The position numbers were made by a program, and so were the translations under genes. Positions 1 to 12,200 of a stretch of DNA of 64,000 nucleotides are shown here, one piece after another (the first letter of the stretch is position 1; the number at the start of each line of letters is the position of its first letter). The stretch covers positions 10,788,001 to 10,852,000 of the forward strand of contig OZ234494.1 in NCBI GenBank assembly GCA_965153455.1, read 5' to 3'. The DNA is from Sphagnum compactum. Lineage: Eukaryota. The notes beneath the pieces are model-generated. The model had not been told where the DNA came from and made no database searches. It saw only the letters and a list, made by a program, of their open reading frames with translations.

Positions 1-52
1 TAAAGGGTTGTTCCCCAGACTATCTCTTTTTATAACCCTGAGCCATACTAGT

Positions 53-187
53 CCCAAAATATCCTAGGCCATGATATTGCCAAAACTATCGCAAAATATC
101 CTAGGCCATGATATTGCCAAAAGTATCCCAAAATATCCTAGGACATGACATTGCCAAAAGTATCCCAAAATATCCTAGGCCATGACA
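53..187. repeat. 37-bp minisatellite, about 3.6 copies
   Basis: Unit CCCAAAATATCCTAGGCCATGATATTGCCAAAA(C/G)TAT begins at 53, 90, 127 and 164. Confidence 0.95.
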
Positions 188-1591
188 GTATCGTTCATAA
201 TTTAAACCAAATTTTGTTTACTTGACATAGATGTCATAACATCAAAATGTCCATGGGCAATTTAATGATGATATGTTCAATGACAAAAACAATCAGTGAG
301 AGGAGGAGAATAAACAACCAAGGTTTTTACACAAATTTTTTAAAATTATGGGATTTGGGGTCTTGGGTTCTTCAAATTATGGTGTTGTTAATTTTTTTGG
401 CTATGGTCAATAATGTGTTATGGGGTTGAAGGTTGTTGAAATCCAATTTCTTTAGGAGGTAGTTTTTTGTATTTTCTTCAAAGATGGGCAAGCCATGAAC
501 TAATTAGGGCTTGTAGCATTTCACAAATATTTTAACACATAATTTTTTTTTAAACAAACATGAAAAATGACAACAACAAGATGAGAAATGTTTGTCGAAT
601 GGCGAGTTCTTAAAAAATGACATTCATAAAAAAATAAATTCTTCCTAAGTAGCATTGGAATTAATGGATACGTGCACCATTTTTTAGGTAGAACTAAGTG
701 TCACGTGAAGAAGGACCAACACGTCATTGTTGTTGTTGGTGCTTTTGCTTTAGATCACACCATAAACCATGCACTTGCACTACTCCAAGATGTTAGTAGT
801 TATTTTTTTCTAATTCTTCTATGCTTTCCAAGATACATCTCAACCTTGGTTTGTGTCTTTTTAAGCTTTCAATTTGCACCTCACCAGCATTTATGATTTC
901 AATCGTTTGTTCCTTTACACATGTTTCTCACCACATTTGTGATTCTTTCTAATTCTTGCACATTCCCTTCTATGCATTATGCTATGCATTTTGTGTTTTG
1001 AACTTTTCAATGCACTTGTGTTCATTGTTCACAATAGCTCATAAAAACAAAAAGAGGGCATTAAAGAAAAAAGAAAAACCTTTGCACCAGCTTTGTTTTT
1101 AGCACAAAAGGAAAATTTTGGCATGAAACTACTTTCATGTTGAGTTGTTGACAAAAAACCAATTTCAGCCCATCTTGGGGTCCTTTGTTTTTTTAATGTT
1201 GGGTTTGGAGTTACGACCTTCAAATTGGGCAAACATGGGCTTTTGGTGTTGTGTTTGTTCAATTTTACAAATATTTTTAATAACTTGAAAAGTGCATAAT
1301 GTGAAAGAACCTAACTATTTTCAACAAATGTAAAACATTGTCGCATTTTTTTTTGGGTATATTTGGATCCTTCATTGGGCTGAAAAAATCTTGTCAACAA
1401 CATTCTAGTGATATCACAGGAACATTAATTTACACAATTTGAAAAATAATTTTTAATTTATTAAAGTAACTTTTATCAGGTAAAGATTACCCACCAACTT
1501 GTCCCTCCTCACTATCCTTCTCACTGCAACGATGTCCTTATGCAACGATGTCCTTATGTAGTGTCACTGTCACGATGATGCTTTACATAAG

Positions 1592-1696
1592 AGAAGGGTC
1601 TATTAGCAAACCGTTCTGGATCTTCGAACCCCCCTTTGGCCTACCGACAACAAAGGGATTTCAAATCCGGAAAGGTTTGTTGATAGACCCTTTTCT
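1592..1696 (+). repeat. Inverted repeat / stem-loop (pre-miRNA-like or small foldback MITE)
   Basis: Arm 1594-1621 (AAGGGTCTATTAGCAAACCGTTCTGGAT) pairs with 1665-1692, with 3 G:U pairs and 1 mismatch. There is an inner stem CCCTTTG/CAAAGGG. Confidence 0.75.
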
Positions 1697-1747
1697 AGGA
1701 TACATTTAATTCTTCCGCATAAAGCAACCTGAATTTTTGTAGAATAA

Positions 1748-2147
1748 GCATCGATGCCACTTTTTGTCATAGGTGAGGCATAGTGAAATGAGGCGTTTCC
1801 CTACAAAGACATCATTCCGCATTGGAAAAAGGCTTCAAGAGAGGTAGGTACTAGATACCTACTTGTAATTGGGAGTGTAGGCATGGATGCTACTTTTGTT
1901 AGAACCAATGCATAGTAAAATCAGGCATTTCCCTTGAAAGAAAGAGTGCATTCCACGCCGGAAAAAAGCCTCAAGAGGGGTAGGTACTAGGTACGTCCAT
2001 ATAATCGGTAGTGTAGGCATCGATGCCACTTTTCGTCATAATCGAGCCGAAGTGAAATCGAGCGTTTCTATTCAAAGCCTGCATTCCGCGCCGGAAAAAG
2101 CCGCAAAAGAGGTAGGTTATGCACGTAGAATCGGTAGCGTGTCTGGC
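1748..2147. repeat. Three degenerate ~135-bp tandem units directly upstream of the SCL gene
   Basis: Units start with GCAT(C/G)GATGC at 1748, 1881 and 2017 and share ...CATTCC..GGAAAAA...GGTAGGT...AAT(C/T)GG.. Confidence 0.85.
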
Positions 2148-2459
2148 AACCGAGACAGATGCTTTTCTCAGGGTTCGAGGGTCACTAGGGTTCGGAGCTC
2201 CGAGCTGCGCGCGAACACGATCCGCGAGCCTGTTGTTATCCTATGTGAGCGAGCGTTCTCGCAACGAATCTACTCGAAGGCGGAGGCAGGCAAGGTTTTG
2301 GTAAGTAGATTTCCTGTAGAACAAATTTTTATGCCTTTTAAAAGTTTATTTTTCCCGAACGTCACACATATGCATGCTACTACTCCCTTATTGTTTATGG
2401 GTGTTTTAGTTCTGATTGCAATAGCATGCATTAGGTCTTGTACATTCACATGTGTGTCT

Positions 2460-2710
2460 GCATGCACAGTATGTTCAAAACATTTCCCCATACCTTTCCT
2501 GGATGCCTGCTGAGCCGTCTGGCATCCACAGTTTGTTTAAAACATCTCCTCATGCATTCAGGTGTTTTGCGTCTCCTATGTGTTTCTGCATCTACAGTAT
2601 GTTCGAAACGTCTCCTATAGATCTCCTTGATGCATGCTCAGCTCTGTCGCATTCGCCGTCTGTTGAAAATGTTTCTTCATACATCTCCTGGATGCATACT
2701 CAGCCCTATC
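2460..2710. repeat. Four degenerate ~63-bp tandem units inside the SCL 5'UTR intron (intron 2301-2912)
   Basis: GCAT..ACAG...GTT..AAA anchors at 2460, 2522, 2588 and 2649. Donor G|GTAAGT at 2301, acceptor GGCAG| at 2912. Confidence 0.75.
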
Positions 2711-2927
2711 ACTCTTTTAGTGAAACCACTAGCTATCGTTCTTGTTGTTACATGTGAGTCCTGACTTAGGACACAGCTTTGCAAGGGGGGTTTCATGATT
2801 GCTCTGCTTGGATTATTTCTTTGGGAATTTTTTATTACAGCTAGAAGTCTGTTGAGATTCGGCTTTTTTTCTTCACTATGGAGATGGATATGTCGTCCTT
2901 TTTTGGTGGCAGGACCTTCAGAAAGTG

Positions 2928-5900
2928 ATGAGGCGTCGCAGTCCCAGTTACTCTCCACCAAGGAGACGGCGATCTCCTAGTCCGCGGGGTAGAGGAGGTT
3001 ATAACAGGGCTGTGGACCTGCCTACAAGTCTTCTGGTTCGCAATATCCCTCGGGACTGCAGGTACCTCCAAACAGATTTGCGTAATATGAAAAAGGGAGC
3101 AAAGATTGTATTGCTCACTTTGTCACTAGTTTTGCCCATGTTGTATTGCTATCTCTTTTGCTAGGATATTGTTTCTTGTATTTAGATGATTATGTGGCAA
3201 CTGAAAATTACACCTGTTGGCCTCACACCCTTGCATGTTTAGTAGTTGCAGAAGGCATACTGCAGTTTTCTGAATGTCAAAGACAGGGCTGCCTATATTA
3301 GTTTTGTGGTTTCTTCCTGGTCTTCTCTTCAGTGCTCGATAAACAGGATTTACTGGCCTGTGGATATTGTTTATTTATGGAAATGATCTTCTCATGCATA
3401 GTGTCTGTTGGATGATTAACTCATTTTTATTGACTGTATTTGCAGGCCAGAGGATTTGCGCATCCCATTCGAGCGCTATGGAGTCATAAAGGACGTGTAT
3501 TTGCCAAAAGACTACTACACTGGGTAAGTGGTCTATCATTTCAATTGTGGCAGGATCAGTGATAATCAACTCATAGGGAGAGGGCCAGTTCAGATACTTG
3601 CCAGACTATCAGAACCACACTTCTCGTCCTCTATTATCTTTCATTCTCTGCTGTGCAAAACTTCCCATGTCTCCATTAGACACTTTCACTTTCCCATCTT
3701 TTCTGTGTCAATCACAGATAGAGGGTTAAGGAGCACTAATATTACTTCTGGATTCAGGCCAAACATACACTCTAAGCTCGTATGTCTTTGAGGATGTCAG
3801 GGGTCTAATGTAGGCACTTGATGTCAGAACTCTGCTTACAGTGTCGAAGGCTCACTACAGTTGTAAGAGAGAGGTTGAAGTTACTATGCACTGTATGGTG
3901 GAAAAGCAGTAGTCTGTTAAATTTCTGGTGCTATTTGCATTCAAGGATATATGGGAAGCCTGCCCTTTGGACTAGGCTAGGAAGAGATGTCCTCTATAGT
4001 GGTGTGCAGCTCTGCTCCCATGTGATATGCTAATTCAGCTTCTCATTAGCCTTGATTTCTTACAGTGCAGAGTTGAAGTGTGTTCTGTTGTCAGCAAGCA
4101 AGATAGAAGACTCATTGTGGGGTCTGATGGCATATGCTCATCCTTAGACTCAAATGTGGGTTTGGGTATGGTTTTGAGGATCAAAGATCCCCATAAACTT
4201 GTGGGGAGCAATTGATCACCCTGTGCTTTTATTAAAGCTTATCACTCAAATAGCTTGTTTGTAAGAGATGGCTGGCCTAACACTTTGACTTCGGAAAGGC
4301 TGTAGAGGTGATGATCACATCAGGCCAGTCTGCAAACAGAAAGTTCCAGAAGTTTCCAGAAGACCCTGAAGTAGTGAAGGATGGGTTCCCAAGAGAAGAT
4401 AGAGTTCTACGGAGGCCCAAGAAAAGAGAAGAGAAGAGAAGAGAAGAGGTGGAAGGTGTGAAGAGGGTTTATGAGGTCTGGGCAGCTCATTCAAAGTTGG
4501 AAGAATGGGCCACATAATCCTCGAGAATTATTTGAAGAAAATGGGGAAGGAAAACCGAAGAAGAAAGATGTTTCTCCTTTACCAATTAAATCTGGTCAGT
4601 AGTGGGCTATTGTTGCCACAAGGTCAGCGACCAAATGCATCAGTGGTTCTGTATGTGAATGTCTTTCATTATGAGTGCCTTTTAGAGAAGACATGTTTTG
4701 TCCAATCATCTCTCACAGTGCACTTTACAGCATGCCGGCACTTAATGCCAGACATTTCCCATAGTTTTGATTGCAAGTTTACAACAGGGGTCCTTGGTGG
4801 TTTTGTGGAATAGAACTCATTAGTGTTTGATGTGCATCTTTTGATGGGCGCACTGCCATGTATTGGTGCATGAGTTAGAGTTGCATACAAATTTGTCATT
4901 TACAAAGAGCTTGACCTTACTAGTTTAAGTATGGTTTTTTATTTTAGTATTGTGCCTGCAAACAGAAGGTAATGGTCAAGAATGCAGCGTTTCACTGGGT
5001 CACAATTGAGCAGTCTGGGGAGAAATATAGTGTAGATAACCACCTCAGCATGTTCATGATGTTTGTACTGGAGTTGGATCAGAAAGAGAATGACGAGGTC
5101 TGGATTTCAAACTCTGGTCAGCATCTGGTATCAGCAAGGTCAACAGCTGCAAGCATTTCTTGTTAGTCTGAACAGAAAGAAAATGCTCAGGCAGCATGCA
5201 AAATACAAATGAACTAAATCTCTGGCCCCTGTACTCTTGTGGTGGCAGAGGAGCCTTGCCTACTTAATAATCTAAATTGATGGTAGATTTAGTTAGGGTA
5301 TGTCAACCACCTGTGTTTCTGCTTTATTATCTGTGTCCATTACTAATGCAAATCCTTCTGGTTTTACACCAGGGAACTTCGAGGGTTTGGATTTGTGCAG
5401 TTTCTAGAGGCAGGTGATGCAGCTGAGGCACAGTACAACCTGGACCATCAGGTTATTGGTGGTCGTGAGATTACTGTTGTGTTTGCAGAGGAAAATCGAA
5501 AGAAGCCCCAGGAAATGCGTTCTAAGGAGCGTATAAGGTACCCATTTTCTTTTGTTACAAAAATGCTTTTGCATAATTTTACAGTGTCCATTTCAATCTG
5601 TAGAATGAACATTTTGCCAAATTTGGATTATGCTGTTAAAACATCCCCTACTTGATGCAGAGGCCGACCAGGTTATCATGGACGTCGTCGCTCTCCATAT
5701 GGTGGTAAGACAAGCACTTCTGTACAAATGAGTTTGGAGGTCAGCTTGGTTTGTCCTGTGGGTATCAGTATTGGAGAACAGCTTAGTTCAAACCTGTGAT
5801 TATACATTCTTTTGGTTGGACTATAGATAGTTTTTAGCAGATCATTATGCACCTATCAATACCCAAGTTGATTGCTGATGAAGTCAGTGGGGCATAATTG

Positions 5901-7301
5901 GAGCTAGTCACAGCCATTCATGATGAAGGTGATGGTCTGATGCTTTGTGAGTGACACTCCACAGGTTATGATGGCACACATTCTTGTCATGTTTGTTGTT
6001 GATTGGGTGGATCTGAGACAATGAGCAGTTTCAAAGTGTTATGTGGAGTTCTTTCTGTGGTCTCAGATATGCTTCTGGTTGGATTAAATAGTTTTGTTTG
6101 TGCAGCCCCACGTTCACGCTCTCCTAGGTATCGCTCCCCTTCACCAAGAGTTGCTCACCACTCTAGGTAAGGTTTAAAAACCTTGTCTGTCTAACTTCGG
6201 GTTTTTATATTACAAACGTGGTTTTGCAATTGAGAAATTCTCAGAGCTTCCACTGCCTTGCATCACAATGTCTACCTTTTCTGGAGATTATCTGTTGTGT
6301 GTAAAGCTTGCCAATTTTCACAGTAGGTCCTAAATCATACAGGCATTTGGGTTGGATTTCTTTTTATAATAATCAGTTCAATTTGTAATTGATGTGGGAG
6401 ATCTTCTCTGTTTTCCATAGACAGAAACATCATTGCTGATGAATGTCACAATTGATTGCTGATGAATTTTGTGAACCTGGATCATGGTCCAAGTTGTGAT
6501 TGGTACACTGGTCCAGTAAGTGATGTAAGATCCACATGATGAATTTCCCTGCCCTCATCTCTCCTGAAGCACATAATCCTTATGATGGATATGCTTCTAC
6601 ATGTGATTTTATGTTCAAATGCTGTTCAGGTCATACACTCCAGACCGAGAATATCGTCACTCACACACTCCATCCCCAGCGCCCTATCAGCATGTCTACT
6701 CTTCTCCTGTAAGGTCTAATAGCAGAAGGAGGCGTGACCGGTCACCTCTACCTACAAGAAGGTCCCCAAGCCCACCTCATGCATCACGAGATTATCAGCT
6801 GCGTTCAAAGGACAAAGATTATTACCCTGACCAGTATAGGTATCTTTTCTTTTGATGAAATGTGCTTAAGTCTGGTGTTTCCTTTTCTGAGCTCACTGGA
6901 AGCTGATGAGTTTATTTGATGGTCACTTTGTCTAATGCTCATTGCTCTTTTCCATGTCTGTAGACTTTTGGATTGTGATTTCTGCTTCTGCAGATCACAC
7001 TGGTAGTCTCACACACTCTCTCTGACTTCCTCCCAGGAGACAGCAGTCCTCATCACACTCTCCACCATCATCTCACAGACAGGGCAGGGAGGCAAATTAT
7101 GAGGGCTCTCCTGTTTCAGAACACAGGTACCAGCCTTTTTGTTGTTATCTTCTAGCTGCAAATATCTGCTACTTCCCTGCTTACTTTTGATTTTTGTTCT
7201 GAGAGAACAAGACTGTATGTGGTGTGGCATAACTTACAGGGCACAAACATATGAACTTGATGCATACTTTTTTGTTTTGCAGGCGGTTGCGGCATTCTTG
7301 A
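2928..7301 (+). CDS. SC35-like (SCL subfamily) serine/arginine-rich splicing factor, SCL28/SCL30A/SCL33-like, about 266 aa
   Basis: Exons 2928-3061, 3446-3523, 5373-5537, 5661-5704, 6106-6166, 6630-6839, 7037-7126, 7283-7301, all GT-AG and phase-consistent. N-terminal RS/SP extension (MRRRSPSYSPPRRR), RRM (DLPTSLLVRNI...DVYLPKDYYTGELRGFGFVQF...FAEENRKKPQEMR), then an RS/SP-rich C-terminus. An alternative acceptor at 6993 would end the protein at 7006. Confidence 0.93.
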
Positions 7302-8584
7302 GGCCTTTGATGATGTGGGTTAATCTCAGATAAAACCCTGGGGGCTTTGGATAACAGAATTGGCTACTTGACTGGTTGAAGGCATCACACTGCAGTTTCT
7401 GATCCTAGACAAGTATCTCTTTCCCATGATGAAGTGAAGGCTGATGGGAAACAGGGAGAACACACGATTGTTGAGCATCGGAGGTTTTTGCCAAACTATG
7501 AGTGAGTTAGATACACATTTCCAGGAAGTGTTTTTGTGGGGTTACTGTGGACCTAGAACTAGAAATGGCCATCCACTACCGGGAGCTGATTAAGTTGGTG
7601 GGGATGTTTATGGTAGCTTGTTTCAATCTCACTTCACTGGTTGTGACTGTCACTGGTCTGCTCCTTAGTTTGTTTTCACTTTTTTGAGGGTCAAGTCTTT
7701 CTTTTCAAACTGCTGATGTGTTGTAGGATGTGAGACTTCTGTGACCTTATCATTACAACATCTCTCAATTCCATTCTGTTTGACTTAAATTGTAAGTATG
7801 GAGGAGTTCTCAATACTTATGATGGTTTAAGGGTTTGTGAGATGTGGTATTGCAACACCTTGCTTGTGAAACCTTTTGCTGCACATCAATGCCACTTTTC
7901 TTAAAAGCCTCATTTCCAGTCATCATGGGGATTGTGGAGGAGATGCTTGGGGTATTATAAACTGAGCATAGAAGATTTCTTAAAAGGCAGCTATTTAAAA
8001 CTCTAGTGTATTGGGTGGCCAATTAGATTGGGGTGGCTTTCAACAAAGATATACTGGACCTGTGCTATAAAGTGTATGTGGGCTATATGTACTTGGTACG
8101 TGTAGGTTTTGGTTGAATATGTCAAACCAAGGACTTAGTCTCAAGGGAACAAGCAGCTCATAGTGCAGCAATGGCTCTGACCCTGATGGCAAGTTCAAAC
8201 CAGCAAGAATTAAAATAGCAATTATGTTCCATGAGCCAGAGTTGCCATATTCAAACAACATATTCCAGTCGGTGTGTGTGTGTGTGTGTGTTTTTTTGGG
8301 CGAATTTTCTTAGCTTGGCAATGGTTTTTCATAAAAAATGAAAAAAGCATGGAGAAATTGTGGTTTTTTTGGGGGCATTTTCGCCATTTTTCGAGATTTA
8401 AATAAATAAATTAGCCACATCTTGACGGAGGCACTTCCTAGGTCACCAATTGTAGCAGCACTTTTGTAAGAATGTTGTTAGAGCTCACTTAATACAGTCG
8501 CCATTTAATGGTAATTAATGCTGGGGGATCCTTCCCAGTGGACACACTTGAGGAATTTGAAAAAAAAACCATTCTGGTTCTACC

Positions 8585-8775
8585 AAGTCGCAAAAATATA
8601 GCAGGAAATCGAACGCAAAGCGCTTTCTCGGCTATTTTTCTATTTTCCTCTGACATGTAACAAAATTTGGCTAGTTCCTCTTCTGGATGATCGCCAATGT
8701 GGCTACATCACAAAATAAATAAAAGAAAGGGAAAATAGGGGAATTTTTTAAATATATATAAATAAAACCAACTGC
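8585..8775 (+). mobile_element. Partial copy of a dispersed non-autonomous element (same family as 14906-15166 and 28808-29167); a more diverged related copy lies at about 8265-8580
   Basis: Shared core AAATATAGCAGGA...AAATTTGGCT..TTCCTCTT.TG(G/A)ATGATCGCCA.TGT...ACATCACAAAAT. Confidence 0.7.
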
Positions 8776-8784
8776 CAATGATAA

Positions 8785-9050
8785 CCGAACCTCCATTACC
8801 AAATCTACTCCAGTTCCAAATTATGCTTTCCGAACCTGGCAACCCAACCTACTATAGATGTAGATTTAGGTTTCCGAGTCTGCGCTATCAAATCTATTAA
8901 GGATGTAGATTAAAATTTCCGAACCTGGCAACCCCAATCTATTGTCGTTGTAGATTTAGATTTCCGAGAAAAACCTCAGTATCAAATCTATTAATGATGT
9001 AGATTAAGATTTCCGAACCTCGCTACTAAATCTACTAGAGATGTAGATTT
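8785..9050. repeat. Six ~45-bp tandem units, most carrying an AATCTAY-N7-GTAGATT dyad, at the beta-tubulin promoter
   Basis: CCGA anchors at 8785, 8830, 8874, 8919, 8964 and 9013. Units 2/4 and 3/5 resemble each other more, giving a dimeric higher order. Confidence 0.9.
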
Positions 9051-9259
9051 TGTTGGAGGAAATCCGCTTTGGACCTGGCGCTCATTTCTGCCTTCGTTTT
9101 CACTGCCCCTCTTGTGTTGCATCTCTCTCTCTCTCTCTGTGTGCGTCTCTTCTGTTTCTTCCCTTTGTCGCTGCTTCTTCTCGGCTCTTCTCTGTGCACC
9201 TGCGTCGCTCGTGTTTGCGTTTTTCTTCAACTCTCCGTGTGTCATCTGCGGCTTCCAAG

Positions 9260-10938
<1,679 letters not shown>

Positions 10939-12119
10939 TGTTGATGTTCTGTATTGTTTGCAGATGTTGTACTATTTTGAGCAGATTTGTCTTCTGTTTT
11001 CTGGTTTGGATAGACAGATGGTTTTCCAAGTAAACTAATACTTGTTTCTTCCTTAATGGTATTGTTATTCTTAAATTCAGGTAAGGAATTTGCAGACCAA
11101 TGTATGTTTGTGACAATGAAATTGCTATACACAGTTTACTTAATACAGTGAGGAATGCTTGCAGTCTTATGGGGGTGTGGAATATTTCAACTGACTGCTG
11201 CTTTTCAGAAATGTGCTGTTTCAGAAACGCAAAGAGAGAAGATAGTTTATTGTTGTTGTCCACATTCTGTGATTTGCTGCCTACCTTTTGTAGGTTCTGT
11301 TTGTGTGACTTTTGTAGGTTGTGTTTGAAGTGAGGAATGATCTTCCTAGTAGTTAAATTATATTGCCAGTTTGTTGTGCTGATTTGTTTGACATTTCTAC
11401 AATTGACAGGTTAGTTGTATAGTATTTATGTCCATATTTTCCTGAGTTATGCAGAGAGTTGGTTTTGGGAGAGATTTTCATGCTCTTCTCTTGATCAACT
11501 CTTGACCACTACTAAATGAAACTTCGCCTTAGAATGCACTTTGAAAGCAGTGTTAAAAATCCACCATTTCTCTTTCTTTTTTCGTGCAAGAGAATTGTGA
11601 AAGCCAGCACCCAAAAGTCATGGTGACTGATCATTCAATCCAGAAAAGCACAAGTCAGTGTTCTTAGTTCAAGAGGAAGAAGAGACTTTACAAAACAATT
11701 TTCTTTGGATGCAACAGTTATTATATCTTTGCGTTTTCAACAGACATTTTTAGAATACAGACTACACTGTCAAGTTGGAACAAAGCTGGAGATATGGAGG
11801 ATTAGGAAAGCTGCCACCTCCATGTACATTACCCTGACAAAAAAAGTGTTCCCTCTGAGAAGCTTTTGCAACTGTATGAACTTTGCAATGCTCCTTGGTC
11901 TCCCACTAACTCCCATTTTGGTGTGTGACTTTTGGTGACCATTCTCTCCAAAAGCCTGGAGCTTAAAACCAGAAAAACCCAATTGGGCAGACTTAAAAAG
12001 AAATGGTGAATTTTAACAGCCTTTTTATTAAAGCCTGTAGAAACTTGTAAAAGAAAAGGCAAAACAGTAATAGCCAGTAGTCAAGGGTTTAAACTTACAT
12101 ACGGGATTTTATGATAATC

Positions 12120-12200
12120 AATATGGCAATTGTCGACAAGAATCAACAAAATTTGACTACAGGTAAGAGAGAAAAGTAGAAAATTTTAAGAATCCTGCTA
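12120..12200 (-). mobile_element. Fragment of the same dispersed MITE family, reverse orientation
   Basis: Reverse complement reads TAGCAGGATTCTTAAAATTTTCTACTTTTCTCTCTTACCTGTAGTCAAATTTTG...ATTGCCA, aligning to 15044-15125 and 29038-29120. Confidence 0.65.

Noticed and set aside
4308-4517. Charged 69-aa ORF inside the SCL intron as a nested gene
   Set aside because: Explained by the GAAG-rich purine tract; treated as a splicing-regulatory element instead.
8785-9050. CRISPR array (TCTAC...GTAGAT resembles the Cas12a direct-repeat stem)
   Set aside because: Units are degenerate, the intervening parts are homologous to each other rather than unique spacers, the loop is 7 nt, no cas genes are present, and the context is a eukaryotic tubulin promoter.
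9050-9259. In-frame N-terminal extensions of both tubulins (also 22143-22430)
   Set aside because: Non-ATG starts in pyrimidine-rich 5'UTRs that simply lack stops; beta-tubulins begin MREI.
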